Assembly (NCBI GenBank): GCA_963745235.1
Contig: CAVUXE010000099.1
Coordinates: 128,001 to 192,000 of the forward strand
Origin: an uncultured Spirochaetota bacterium
GTDB taxonomy: Bacteria > Spirochaetota > Spirochaetia > SZUA-6 > Fen-1364
Direction of reading: 5' to 3'
DNA: 64,000 nucleotides
Of this stretch, positions 53,701-64,000 are shown one piece after another; the first letter of the stretch is position 1, and each line of letters opens with the position of its first letter. Under the pieces are notes generated by a model, which saw only the letters and a list, made by a program, of their open reading frames with translations, was not told where the DNA came from and ran no database searches. The translations under genes and the position numbers were made by a program.

Positions 53701-54338
53701 CGTGTAGTTCTGCTTCTCTTTGTCCTTCGTGATGGTGTACGAGACATCTCCCTGGGCAGACATGGTGTGGCGGGTCTGGTTGTACGTTACACTGTCAGCC
53801 TTGACTTCCTGCACGGAGCCCTGGGTTTCATCACGGATTTCTATGACGACGTCTCCGCGGAGCACCACGTACTTCTCATTCACGTCGGACAAGGTGAAGT
53901 ACTGCGACTCTCGGGCGGATTTCACGGTGACCACCCGTTTCCCGCGGATTGCCTCCAGGGGGAGCTTCACCTTGTAGTGCTCGGCGAGCCGGTTCTGCAG
54001 GTCTTTGCGGGAGCCGGAGTCGTCCAGCCCGAGGTTCCGGCACCACGCCACGAGCTCGTAGTAGCTTGCTGATCCGATGTCTGCGCCGAGTGTGCCCTCT
54101 TCAAGGCTCTCGGCCGTCGGGGGCGGAGAAGGACTGGCGGAGGCCGGCGGCTGGGGCGGCTGCGCGTTGGACGGGGGAACCGGCGAGGAGCGGGTGCCGC
54201 GGCGGAGCCGCTTCCCTGGGCGGCGGAGCCGCTTCCCTGGGCGGCGGAGCCGCTTCCCTGAGCGCCCCCTGCACTCGCCTGGGCGGCCGCGAAGCCGGGA
54301 AGGAGAACCAGGACAAGCGCAAGGGGCGCAATCCTCAT
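50769..54338 (-). CDS. lptD: Spirochaete LptD-like outer-membrane assembly protein (frameshifts near 54150, 54070, 52230)
   Basis: Signal peptide; OstA-like jellyroll ([24 protein letters not shown]); [10 protein letters not shown]; long aromatic beta-strand C-terminus. Confidence 0.7.
52274..52330. repeat. 21-bp tandem repeat, about 2.5 units, in lptD linker
   Basis: CCCTGGGTGCCCGCGGCGCTT, CCCTGGGCGCCCGCGGCGCTT. Confidence 0.85.
54199..54290. repeat. 21-bp tandem repeat, about 4 units, after the lptD signal peptide
   Basis: CCCTGGGCGGCGGAGCCGCTT x2 plus a partial unit, then CCCTGAGCGCCCCCTGCACTC. Confidence 0.92.
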
Positions 54339-57160
54339 TCTTTTTTCAGTGCGCGCTTGAGATACTTTCCCGTCCACGACCCGTCGGTGCGCGCAACCTG
54401 CTCGGGAGTTCCGCAGGCGATGATCTTTCCTCCTTCGTCTCCGCCTTCTGGCCCGAGGTCTATAACGTGGTCCGCGGAGGCAATGACGTCCAGGTTGTGT
54501 TCGATCAGGGCCACCGTGTTGCCGCTGTCTACGAGGACCTGCAGCACCTCCATGAGCTTCTTCACGTCGGCGAAATGAAGTCCCGTCGTGGGCTCATCGA
54601 GAATATAGAATGTCCTGCCCGTGCTCTTTCGCGACAGCTCGAGGGACAGTTTCACCCTTTGCGCTTCCCCGCCGGAAAGAGTCAGGGCGGACTGCCCGAG
54701 GCTGACGTAGCCCAGCCCCACCTGCAGCAGGGTCTTCAGCTTCGGCTCCAGGGAGGGAATGTGCCGGAAAAATGCGTGCGCCTCCTCAACCGTCATCTCC
54801 AGGACCTCGTGGATGTTCTTCCCCTTGTATCGCACATCCAGGGTTTCCCTGTTGTACCTGCGTCCCTTGCAGACGTCGCAGGTCACGTACACATCCGGGA
54901 GGAAGTGCATCTCGATACGGATGGTCCCCGCCCCCTGGCACTTTTCACAGCGACCGCCCCGAACGTTGAAGGAAAAGCGGCCGCTCTTGTAGCCCTTGGC
55001 CTTCGCCTCCGGGAGCTGTGCAAAGAGAGTCCTGATGGGTCCGAAAAGGTCGACGTACGTGGCGGGGTTCGAGCGGGGTGTGCGTCCGATCGGGCTCTGG
55101 TCAATGTTGATGACCTTGTCAATCTCTTCAACACCGTCTATGGAATCGTAGCGTCCTTCCGGGAGCCGGGTTGTGCTCACCCGGTTTGAAAGGATGGGAT
55201 ACAGGAGGTCGGACAGCAGGGTGGACTTGCCGGAACCGGAGACGCCTGTGATCGCAATGAGCTTGCCGAGCGGGAACGACACCGTGATGTTTTTCAGGTT
55301 GTGCTCGCCCGCGCCCCCCAGCACGATCTCCTTCCCGCTGCCCTTCCTGCGCTCCCGGGGCCGGTCCATGGACAGCGTGCCGGCGAGGTACTGCCCGGTG
55401 AGAGAGTGCGGCGCGCGGATGACCTCGCTCACGGTCCCCGCCGCCACCACGTGCCCGCCGTGAACGCCTGCCCCGGGGCCCAGGTCCACGATATAGTCGG
55501 CCGTGCGAAGGGTCTGCTCGTCATGCTCCACGACAATCAGCGTGTTGCCGATGTCCCGCAGGTGCTTCAAGGTGTCAATGAGAAGGGCGTTGTCCCGCTG
55601 GTGCAGCCCGATCGTCGGCTCATCAAGGATGTAGAGAACGCCCACAAGAGACGAGCCGATCTGTGTGGCAAGCCGGATGCGCTGGGCCTCCCCGCCGGAC
55701 AACGTGGAAGCCTTGCGCTCCAGGGTGAGGTAGGAGAGCCCGACGTTTCGCAGGAAGGTGAGCCGGGAGTCGACTTCCTTGAGGATCTGGCGAGCGATCT
55801 TCTGAGCGGTGAGCGGGAGATCGAGCTTTTCGAAGAATGCGAGGGCCCCGGTTACGGACAGGCACGATACCTGGTGGATGTTCATACCCCCGACAGTTAC
55901 GGCAAGGACTTCGGGCTTCAGGCGCGTGCCCCCGCAGGCGGCGCATTCCTTCTGCGACATGAAGCCCTCCATCCACTCCTTGACCTGCTCGGAGGTGGAT
56001 TCGAGGTATCGCCTCTTCAAGTCATTCAGCACTCCGCGAAATCCGGATTCGAACTCCCACTTCCCCCTGCCGTCCCTGCTCTGGTAGCGGAAGCCGATCT
56101 TTTCCCTGGTCCCGTGGAGAATCGCCTGCAGGACGGGCCGGGGGAGGTCCTTCAGGGGAGTGTCGAGTGAGAACTTGAAATGCCGCGCAAGGGATTCGAA
56201 CTGGCTTCGATGCCAGTTCGCTTTCGGGTTGTACGGCGCGACTCCCCCTTCGTTGAAGGAGAGCCGCGGGTCCGGCATGACGAGATCCTGGTCGAACTCC
56301 AGCGTAACCCCCAGGCCCGAGCATTCGGCACATGCGCCGAACGGGTTGTTGAAGGAGAAAAGACGCGGCTGCAGCTCCGGGATGCTGATGCCGCAGCTCG
56401 GGCAGGCGCTCTTCTGGGAATAGAGGATTTCCCTCTCGGTGTCCTTTTCCTTCACCAGCGCAATGACTGTCCCACCGGAGGTTTCAAGCGCGCCCTCAAC
56501 CGACTCTGCAAGCCGCTTGCGCGCCTCCTGCGCGACTGTCAGCCTGTCAACGACAATCTCGATTGAGTGCTTCTTCTTGCGGTCAAGCGGTATGTCGCCG
56601 TCCAGCTGCAGGATCTCACCGTCCACTCGGACGCGCACGTATCCCATGCGTCGGGCGTCATCAAGGAGCTTCTGGTGCTCGCCCTTCTTGGCGCCAACGA
56701 TCGGCGCCAGGAGGACCAGCCGAGTTCCTTCCGGCAGCACAAGAAGGGAGTCGACCACCTGGTCAACGGACTGCTCCTGGATCTCCCGACCGCACTGGGG
56801 GCAGTGCGGGATCCCCACGCGCGCGAACAGCAGCCGGTAGTAGTCATAGATTTCCGTGACGGTTCCGACCGTCGAGCGCGGATTTCGATGGGTGGTTTTC
56901 TGCTCTATGGCAATTGCCGGCGAGAGGCCTTCTATCGAGTCAAGGTCAGGCTTGTCGAGCCTGCCGAGGAACTGGCGCGCATACGAGGAAAGGGATTCCA
57001 CGTAGCGTCTCTGCCCCTCCGCGAAGATCGTGTCGAACGCCAGCGAGGACTTGCCGGACCCGCTGAGGCCCGAGATGACGACCAGCGAATCCCGCGGTAA
57101 GGTCAGGTCGATATTCTTGAGGTTGTGCTCCCGCGCGCCCCGTATCGTGATGGTCTTCAC
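54335..57160 (-). CDS. uvrA: Excinuclease ABC subunit A
   Basis: [40 protein letters not shown], Zn fingers. Confidence 0.98.
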   Translation of the reverse strand: MKTITIRGAREHNLKNIDLTLPRDSLVVISGLSGSGKSSLAFDTIFAEGQRRYVESLSSYARQFLGRLDKPDLDSIEGLSPAIAIEQKTTHRNPRSTVGTVTEIYDYYRLLFARVGIPHCPQCGREIQEQSVDQVVDSLLVLPEGTRLVLLAPIVGAKKGEHQKLLDDARRMGYVRVRVDGEILQLDGDIPLDRKKKHSIEIVVDRLTVAQEARKRLAESVEGALETSGGTVIALVKEKDTEREILYSQKSACPSCGISIPELQPRLFSFNNPFGACAECSGLGVTLEFDQDLVMPDPRLSFNEGGVAPYNPKANWHRSQFESLARHFKFSLDTPLKDLPRPVLQAILHGTREKIGFRYQSRDGRGKWEFESGFRGVLNDLKRRYLESTSEQVKEWMEGFMSQKECAACGGTRLKPEVLAVTVGGMNIHQVSCLSVTGALAFFEKLDLPLTAQKIARQILKEVDSRLTFLRNVGLSYLTLERKASTLSGGEAQRIRLATQIGSSLVGVLYILDEPTIGLHQRDNALLIDTLKHLRDIGNTLIVVEHDEQTLRTADYIVDLGPGAGVHGGHVVAAGTVSEVIRAPHSLTGQYLAGTLSMDRPRERRKGSGKEIVLGGAGEHNLKNITVSFPLGKLIAITGVSGSGKSTLLSDLLYPILSNRVSTTRLPEGRYDSIDGVEEIDKVINIDQSPIGRTPRSNPATYVDLFGPIRTLFAQLPEAKAKGYKSGRFSFNVRGGRCEKCQGAGTIRIEMHFLPDVYVTCDVCKGRRYNRETLDVRYKGKNIHEVLEMTVEEAHAFFRHIPSLEPKLKTLLQVGLGYVSLGQSALTLSGGEAQRVKLSLELSRKSTGRTFYILDEPTTGLHFADVKKLMEVLQVLVDSGNTVALIEHNLDVIASADHVIDLGPEGGDEGGKIIACGTPEQVARTDGSWTGKYLKRALKKE

Positions 57161-57363
57161 TGCCGCGAATCTCCGCTTTCAGCCTCAGCAGTCTCACGCG
57201 CATCGCTTTTTCTCCTCTGGCGCCCCGGAGCCTGCGCCGGCGCGCGGTCGTGGCGTTTCGCGGAAGCAATGAAGAAAATGAGGGGCAGGAGGAGCATGAA
57301 AAAAAGACATGCCGCAATCAACTCCCATTCGCCGAGGGCGCGCATGAGGCTCCCGTTTTCCAT
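57157..57363 (-). CDS. Small single-TM protein
   Basis: Hydrophobic helix; stop overlaps uvrA GTG; TTGCCA-17nt-TAGTAT 6 nt upstream. Confidence 0.6.
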   Translation of the reverse strand: MENGSLMRALGEWELIAACLFFMLLLPLIFFIASAKRHDRAPAQAPGRQRRKSDARETAEAESGDSRQ

Positions 57364-57417
57364 CGCGCCATACTAACGCGGCATGGTAGGCGTGGCAAGG
57401 CGGCCCGAATTCCGGGG

Positions 57418-59752
57418 CTATGACTTCAGCGTTACGATGGTCTTCCCGTAGCCGCCTTCCTCCGGCAAAGAGAACCTGAAATCCTCCACGGCCGGCATGC
57501 CGCGAAGGTAATCGTGAATGGCCCTTCGCAGTATCCCCTCTCCTTTGCCGTGAACGATGGCGAACTGATGAAGCCCGTGCGTCAGCGCGCTGTCCATCTG
57601 CTTCTCCACGAGCCGCATGGCTTCCTCCAGCCTCATGCCCCGCACATGCAGCTCCATGACCGGCGGTTCCATCGGCTCGGAGGGAGAGTAGCTCACACTC
57701 AGCGCCGGCGTGGCTGCGGCAGGGGCCGGGCCCACTTCACCGGGGAGAACGGAGAGGCGCAGGGTCTCCGTCTCCACAATCCAGCGCTTGCCCTTGTCCT
57801 TGCGGACCACCCTGCCTCTTCGCCCCGTGCGGCGAATGATGACATCCATCCCTGCGGTGATCTGGAACGATTCGGCGGGAGCAAGCGACTCGCTCTCCTG
57901 GGCGATCCTGTTCTCTTCCTGCTCTATCCTTTTCTGGATGCCTTCAAAGAGCTTTCCGGCGGCTGTGGATTCCCCGGTGCTCGGGACGTTCTCTCGAAGC
58001 TTCTCCCAATCCTTCCTGGACTGGGAAAGGAAATCACGCAGCTCCTTGAGGCCATGCCGGCGGAGCTCCAGCTCCTTCTGCCGGAGAGTGAGCTCTTTCA
58101 GGTCCGTGGTGCGCCTCTTCTCCCGAAGGTCATGCTCCCGGGCCCGCTGCTGTTCTTCTGCAATCGTGAGCTTCTGATGGCGCTCCGCGAGGCTCGACAC
58201 CAGGCGGGAAATGTCCGTTCGCTCGTCATTCAGGTACGCGCGGGCATCCTCCAGGACGCCATCCGGCATCCCGTTGCGGCGGGCAATCTCCAGCGCGTGG
58301 CTTTCCCCCGGCACTCCCATGACGATGCTGAACGTGGGGGCAAAGCTCTCCCGGTCGAAGCCCATGGAAGCGTTCTGGGCGCCCCTGCGCGTCGCGCCGT
58401 AGTTCTTGAGGATGCCGTGGTGGGTGGTCGTTATCACGATGCAGCCGCTGTTGAGGAAAGCGTCAAGGAGAGCCATCGCCAGCGCAACTCCTTCCTCGGG
58501 GTCCGTGCCCGCCCCCAGCTCGTCCAGGAGAACCAGAGACCGCGGGCCGGCCGCGCGGACAATGCCGGCAATGTTCTTGACGTGCGCGGAAAACGTCGAA
58601 AGCGATTGCTCGATGGACTGCTCATCCCCGATGTCGGCGTGGATCCCATCGAAGACGGGCAGCGTGGACCCCTCCCCGGCTGGGATCTCCATGCCGAACT
58701 GGTTCATGAGAGCCAGGATCCCCACCGTCTTCAGGGTGACGGTCTTCCCGCCGGTGTTCGGCCCCGTGACGATCAGGACCCGGGCATCCCCTCCGGCTTC
58801 GACGGAAACGGGAACCACCCTGCTTCCCAGGAGCGGGTGCCGGGCCTCCCTCAGGGAGAGCATGCCGTCTGATGGTTCCGCCCTGTGGCAGGAATGAAGG
58901 ACGGCGTAGCGGGCACGGGCAAGAAAAACGTCAAGAAAGGCAACGTGCTCCATCAGCGTGTGGAGCAGGCCCGCGTTGCGCGAAACCTCGGCGGTCAGCT
59001 CACGGAGGATCCGGCGCACCTCCATCCTGTACAGGTTCTCCTCCTGCACGATGGCGTTGTTCTTTTCGACCACTTCCAGGGGTTCCACGAAAACGGTGGA
59101 GCCGCTTGCCGACATCTCGTGCACGATTCCCTTCACGCGCCCCTTGTATTGCGTCTTGAGGGGAAGCACGACGCGCCCGTCTCTCTGCGTCGGCGTGGTG
59201 GTCTGCCAGTACGAGCGATACGTGGGATCCTCCAGCATGCCGCGCACCGCCCTGTCGGCCTCATCGCGGCTGCGCCGTGATGCGCTCTCGAATCGCCGCC
59301 AGGGCGGGGATCTGCCTTTCGCGCAGAAGCCCTTCGTGGTCCAGCATGTGAAAGATCGCGCGGGAAAGCGCCGAGAGATCCGGGATGGAGGCGGCGATGG
59401 GGGCGAGAACGCCTGCCTCCCCGACCTTGAGGATGTGCCGCCGGAGCTTCAAGCCGGAGAGGATGCAGCGCCCGATTGCGGCCAGCTCTTCCCCCTCGAG
59501 CTGGAGCCCTTCCTTCCCGAGCCGGGGCAGGACCTCCGAGACGTCCGGGAAGTCGAGGCCTGGCGGCTCTGATCCGTTTTCGAGCATCGACCGGAAGGCT
59601 CCGGCGAGCACGAGCCTTTCTGCAACGTCCTTTGCCGATGTCAGAACCTCCTGCCGGCGCAGGAGAGCCGTTCCCATGGGGCTGGCGCACAGGTCAGCCA
59701 CTTCGGCAATGACCCTCGGGAACTCCAGGAGCGCGAGGGCATGTTCATCCAC
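57418..59752 (-). CDS. mutS2: Endonuclease MutS2 (frameshift near 59260)
   Basis: LEFPRV, SASGSTVFVEP, TGPNTGGKT, DIGDEQSIEQSLSTFS, DELGAGTDP, Smr VHGKGEGILR. Confidence 0.95.
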
Positions 59753-60779
59753 GGGTCTGCCTCCCGGAGTCCTGGAGCTCGCGGACAATCCGCAGGTAGC
59801 TCTCGTAGCGATCGCCGTGGATCTCCCCTGTCTCCACCGCGGACAGGACAGCGCAGCCAGGCTCGCCGGCGTGGAGGCAGGGCTGGAACTCGCACCCCCC
59901 CATGAAGGGCAGGAAGTCCCTGAAGTGAAAGCCCACCTCCTCTGGCAGGATTTCAGCGAGCTCCAGCTCCCTGACACCCGGTGTGTCGATGATTCGAAGG
60001 CGGTCGTCGAGAACGAGCAGGGAAGAGTAGTTCGTCGTGTGGTTGCCCCTGTCATGCTTCAGCGACAGGGCACCCACCTTGAGGTTGAGGTCAGGCGACA
60101 ACGCGTTGAGCAGGGATGACTTGCCCACGCCGGACTGACCCACAAATACCGCGGTCTTTCCGCGAAGGACCTCCGCGAGCTCGGGGACCCCCTGGCCCGT
60201 CTTCGCGGAACAGGAATGCACCACGTACCCCATGCGCGCGTAGTGCTCGAGCCTCTCCGTTGTGTCCGGAAGGCTTGGCAGGTCCGCCTTGTTGAGCACA
60301 ACCACCGGCGCGAGCGCGCCGGCCTCCGCGGCAACGATGACCCTGTCGATGAACCGCGGCCGAAACGGAGGAGATGCGGGGCAGGAGACGCAGACTGCAA
60401 GGTCCGCATTTGCCGCCAGGACCTGCGGCGCCCTACCCTTCTTGTTCCAGCGCGTCAGGTTGGTTGTTCTCTCACGGATCTCGGTGATGAGACCTTCTTT
60501 CGGATTCAAGGGATCACGAACGATCTCCACGACGTCGCCGGGGGCTATGGGGTTGTACGCCTCTCGACGCGGGGTCCCGCGCTTCCTCTCCGGCGGCGGG
60601 GCCCCCTCCATTTCCTCCGGGAGCGGCACGGCGCTCAATCTCTCCCGGCGCGTCTTGGCAGACCAGGTGCCGCTCAGGACCTTGCCCTTGATCCTGCACT
60701 GAACCAGCGCGCCCTCCGCGCGGACGCAGTAGATCGTGTTGATGCCGTACAGCACCTCGGCGAGCACCGTCTCAGGCAT
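59745..60779 (-). CDS. rsgA: Ribosome small-subunit-dependent GTPase A
   Basis: NKAD, GQSGVGKSSLLN, RGNHTT, DTPG, C.F..C.H..EPGC. Confidence 0.95.
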   Translation of the reverse strand: MPETVLAEVLYGINTIYCVRAEGALVQCRIKGKVLSGTWSAKTRRERLSAVPLPEEMEGAPPPERKRGTPRREAYNPIAPGDVVEIVRDPLNPKEGLITEIRERTTNLTRWNKKGRAPQVLAANADLAVCVSCPASPPFRPRFIDRVIVAAEAGALAPVVVLNKADLPSLPDTTERLEHYARMGYVVHSCSAKTGQGVPELAEVLRGKTAVFVGQSGVGKSSLLNALSPDLNLKVGALSLKHDRGNHTTNYSSLLVLDDRLRIIDTPGVRELELAEILPEEVGFHFRDFLPFMGGCEFQPCLHAGEPGCAVLSAVETGEIHGDRYESYLRIVRELQDSGRQTRG

Positions 60780-60784
60780 CGAGG

Positions 60785-61656
60785 TCAGATTGCGCCGGCC
60801 AGGCGCAGGCCAAACTGCGCGGCGAAGTATCCGTAGCGCTCCTCGATGGGGGATGTACCCGTGACATACAAGAGGTCGGGTTCCCTGCTGGACTCGCGGG
60901 CCGCTGGACTCCTGACCGCCGCCGCGTGGCCCTTGCGGATCGCCGCCGTTCTCCGCCCCCGCTCAGCGCCAGGAGACGCTGCACCTGGCGTGCCACCCCG
61001 TCGCGGGAATCCACCAGCGCTATCCCCTCGTCATTCAAGAGGTGCCTGAACTCCGGCTCCAGGTGAAGAAAATGCGTGCAGCCCAGCACCAGGGTATCGA
61101 TGCCGGCGCTGCGGAAGCGCTCCACTTCCGTGCGCACCCGGGCCGTCTTTTCCTCCGGCGTGCAGCGCTCCATGGCCTGCTCGACGAACTCTACAAGGCC
61201 GGCCGCGGGGAGGCTCACCACCGTGCAGCTCGCGGCGTGCTCGTGGATCAGGGAACGCAGGTACTCACCCTCCACCGTCCTGCGCGTTGCAAGGACCCCC
61301 ACGCGGCGGCGGCGTGAAAGCGCGGCGGCAGGCTTGACGGCTGGGACGACACCCACGAAAGGCAGGGGGAACTCCCGGCGCAGCACATCCAAAGCGACCA
61401 CGGAGGCCGTGTTGCAGGCAACAACCACGAGCCGCGGGTGCTCGCGCTCCACGATCCGCCGGGTCAGGCCCGCTGACAACGTGAACCACGCGGTCCGCGC
61501 TTTTCTCGCCATAGGGGAAGTTCTCCCGATCCACCGCGTAGACATATCGCTCGCCCGGGAGAAGAGAGCGGGTGCTTGCGAGGTAGGGAAGCCCGCCGAT
61601 GCCGGAGTCCAGGAAAGCGATGGGCGGGCGGCCCGCGGCACGGGTCTCTATCCCAT
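60785..61656 (-). CDS. murI: Glutamate racemase (frameshifts near 61480 and 60880-60960; start uncertain)
   Basis: FLDSGIGGL, FPYGEKS, VVACNTAS, GVVPAVKPAA, LGCTHF. Confidence 0.92.
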
Positions 61657-61981
61657 TGCCGAAGAGCTGGTCGAGCTTCCGCCTGGCTTTTTCTTTCGCA
61701 TCAGCGCCTGCGTCGGCACCGGGTGCCTTCTCCGGGGAGCTGCGGAAAACGAAAAATGTGCAGAAATTGGCCCTGTCCTTCTCGTTGACGGGCTCGTCGA
61801 TGGTCTCGGCGCAGTCCCAGTGCGCGCCGGGGCTGTAGAAGCGGCAGTTCAGGCAGATCTTGAGGTCCCGCTTGCACGACGAGCAGGTCGACGAGCGGTA
61901 CACCTCGCGCGGGTTTTCAACGGGTGTCCCGCAGAAATGACACGCCGGACCACCGGCGCCTTTTGCAGTTCCTTCCGCCAT
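61650..61981 (-). CDS. Small zinc-ribbon protein
   Basis: CHFCG, CSSC, CLNCRFY, C.E..EKDRANFC, ending ..KLDQLFG. Confidence 0.75.
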
Positions 61982-62046
61982 GGGCAGGCCCAGTATATCC
62001 CGCGCTCCCGTTGCCTACAAGAGCAGCCACGTGTACCCTTGCGTCG

Positions 62047-62640
62047 ATGTACGTCCCTCGCCCCTGCGCGGAGAAGGGCTGCGGCAGGCCCGCCCTGGCG
62101 GAGTCCAACAACTGCGTGGTCCATCATCCCGATGCCGTCGCGCACGTGAAGGAGATACTGAAAGCCGCTCGAAGCTCATCGGGCCTGCGTGACCTCGACC
62201 TCGCGGGGATCACGATCCAGGATGAGGACCTGTCGGGCCTGCAGATCTCCGGCTGCCGCCTCACCGCGGCCACCCTCACGCGCGTCAAGCTTGCCGGCGC
62301 GTTCATCCAGCTGTCATTCCTGGACCGCGCGACCCTGCGGGAGTGCGATGTCACACGCGTAAGCATCATCAACGCCGTCTTCGCGGGGTCCCGCGTGGAA
62401 AACTGCCCCTTCGAAGACTCCGAGATCATCCAGGGCAATTTCCTCGGGATTCGCGGCGTCGCGGTTTCCTTCGACCACTCCGACCTGTATGGCTCGCGCT
62501 TCATCGGCTCCTGGCTGGACAAGGTGAGCATGAGGGACTGCAACCTCACGCGCGCGCACTTCGATTCAGCTCACCGCGCAGTGGTTGACTTTCATATGTC
62601 CAACACCAACGAGGCCCTGTTCATCGAGGAAGAGCCATGA
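62047..62640 (+). CDS. Pentapeptide-repeat protein with N-terminal Cys/His cluster
   Basis: C....C.........C..H, then LAGIT/LSGLQ/LTAAT/FDHSD/LTRAH repeats. Confidence 0.85.
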   Translation: MYVPRPCAEKGCGRPALAESNNCVVHHPDAVAHVKEILKAARSSSGLRDLDLAGITIQDEDLSGLQISGCRLTAATLTRVKLAGAFIQLSFLDRATLRECDVTRVSIINAVFAGSRVENCPFEDSEIIQGNFLGIRGVAVSFDHSDLYGSRFIGSWLDKVSMRDCNLTRAHFDSAHRAVVDFHMSNTNEALFIEEEP

Positions 62641-63206
62641 AGTTCTTTTCCCTCTTTTCCGGTGCCGGCATGGCAAACTCGTATCTCGTTGGCCCGGACG
62701 AGGGCGGGGATGCCTTCCTGGTCGACCCCGGTGTGTTCGACGCATCACTGCTGCAGGCCGTGGAGGACAACCGCCTGTTTGTCCGCTGGATCCTGGTCAC
62801 CCACGCGCACAGCGGGCACATGAACGGAATCAGGTCACTTCTGAAGGTCTATGACGCCGCCATCTACGCCAACCAGCCCAGCATCCTGGACGTTCCGGCG
62901 CGGCATGTCGAAGAAGCGCACCAGCTTTCCCTTGGTGACTTCCGGGTTCGCGTCATAGAAACCCCCGGCCATTCCATCGACTCCGTGTCGTATCTCCTGG
63001 GTCACATGCTTTTCACGGGAGATCTTCTCTCAGCGGGATCCATCGGAAAGACGCGTGACGGCTACGCCCGCGGGCTTCTCCTGGCGACGGTGCGAAAGAA
63101 GATCCTGCCCCTCGGGGACGAGGTCCTGGTGTTCCCGGGACACGGCCCGCCCTCGAAGATCGGGATCGAGAAGCTCTACAACCCCTTCCTGGGGGAGAAG
63201 CTCTGA
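62637..63206 (+). CDS. MBL-fold metallo-hydrolase (glyoxalase II-like)
   Basis: THAHSGH, TPGHS, FTGD, PGHG. Confidence 0.88.
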   Translation: MKFFSLFSGAGMANSYLVGPDEGGDAFLVDPGVFDASLLQAVEDNRLFVRWILVTHAHSGHMNGIRSLLKVYDAAIYANQPSILDVPARHVEEAHQLSLGDFRVRVIETPGHSIDSVSYLLGHMLFTGDLLSAGSIGKTRDGYARGLLLATVRKKILPLGDEVLVFPGHGPPSKIGIEKLYNPFLGEKL

Positions 63207-64000
63207 AGCTGATCCATCACCGCCCGCATGCGCGCCGGAAGCGGAGATTCGAAAACGCGCGGGACCTCCTCACCGGGGATGACAATGGTGAGCCTTCGCG
63301 CGTGCAGCATCAGCGTGACATCGGGGAATCCAGGGTCTCGCCGCGCGTACAAAGGGTCGCCCAGGATGGGCGTCCGCAGGTGGCGCATGTGCACGCGCAG
63401 CTGGTGCGTCCGCCCTGTCCGCGGAGCAAGGGCCACCAGGCTGTAGCCTTCAAACATGCGGAGGACCTTCCAGGAAGTGACGGCAACCCGGCCTCCCGTG
63501 CGGACGCAGGTAAACCTCTTGCGATTTCTTGGATCCCGGGCAATGCGGGTCTCCACGGACCCTGACGCCGGCGCGGGCAGTCCCTTCACGATGGCAACGT
63601 ATCTCTTCTTCACCGTCCTGGCCTGGAATTGCCGCGCCAGGAAGTCATGCGAGGCGGCGTTCTTTGCAACGATGATCACCCCGGAAGTGTCCTTGTCCAG
63701 CCTGTGCACGATGCCGGGACGTGGGTCCCCCGGCTCGAACTCCTTCCGCAGCTCGTGCGCGCGCGCCGCGACGTGAAACAGGAGCGCATTCACAAGCGTG
63801 CCTGTCGGGTTGCCGCTGCCCGGATGCGTAACCATGCCCTGCGGCTTGTCCACGACGATCACGTCAGAGTTTTCGAAAATCACCGACAGGGGGATATCCT
63901 CGGGTTCAAGGTCGGGCCCGGGCGCCTCGGCCCATGTCAGGGATATCCTGTCCCCCAATTTCAGCTTCTTTGCCAGCCGGACGGGCGCCCCATTCACGGT
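63176..64000 (-). CDS. rluD: RluA/RluD pseudouridine synthase (5' end outside window)
   Basis: DKPQGMVTHP, GIVHRLDKDTSG, TGRTHQLRVH, GDPLY, LHA. Confidence 0.92.
   Translation of the reverse strand, partial: TVNGAPVRLAKKLKLGDRISLTWAEAPGPDLEPEDIPLSVIFENSDVIVVDKPQGMVTHPGSGNPTGTLVNALLFHVAARAHELRKEFEPGDPRPGIVHRLDKDTSGVIIVAKNAASHDFLARQFQARTVKKRYVAIVKGLPAPASGSVETRIARDPRNRKRFTCVRTGGRVAVTSWKVLRMFEGYSLVALAPRTGRTHQLRVHMRHLRTPILGDPLYARRDPGFPDVTLMLHARRLTIVIPGEEVPRVFESPLPARMRAVMDQLQSFSPRKGL

Noticed and set aside
61265-61981. Zinc-ribbon protein fused to the MurI N-terminus
   Set aside because: Removing one G at AATGGGATAG gives a stop right after the ..QLFGNG end; given the indel rate, an artefact is more likely.
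62637-63206. MBL protein as a beta-lactamase and pentapeptide protein as Qnr
   Set aside because: No signal peptide, glyoxalase-II-like motifs, core-genome context, and no Qnr-specific evidence.

Overview
GC-rich (about 63% by eye) chromosomal window from a spirochaete (class Spirochaetia), shown by cfpA, a TP0733-type barrel, a pallilysin-like lipoprotein, a spirochaete-type LptD and a divergent PPDK. It is almost all core genome: guaA/purB, a chemoreceptor, a complete V/A-type ATPase operon, pgk-tpiA-secG, phoH/HD/ybeY, uvrA, mutS2, rsgA, murI, nusB, map and a bactofilin. No rRNA, tRNA, CRISPR array, integrase or transposase was seen. About 18 genes are broken by single-base indels, including essential ones, which most likely reflects unpolished long-read assembly; I joined them and give whole-gene spans. 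Best candidate for an undescribed system: the co-oriented cluster cfpA -> hypothetical with a C-terminal HPr-like His domain -> 'PPDK' that has lost most ATP-grasp catalytic residues but keeps its phospho-His and PEP domain. I infer a PEP-driven, PTS-like phosphorelay tied to the cytoplasmic filament. Other notable items are an AT-hook-like tail on CfpA, a 21-bp in-frame repeat family in two unrelated envelope genes, a stand-alone HEPN-like (RxxxxH) protein, and many promoters placed for leaderless mRNAs. All family assignments come from motif recognition by eye, with no database search.
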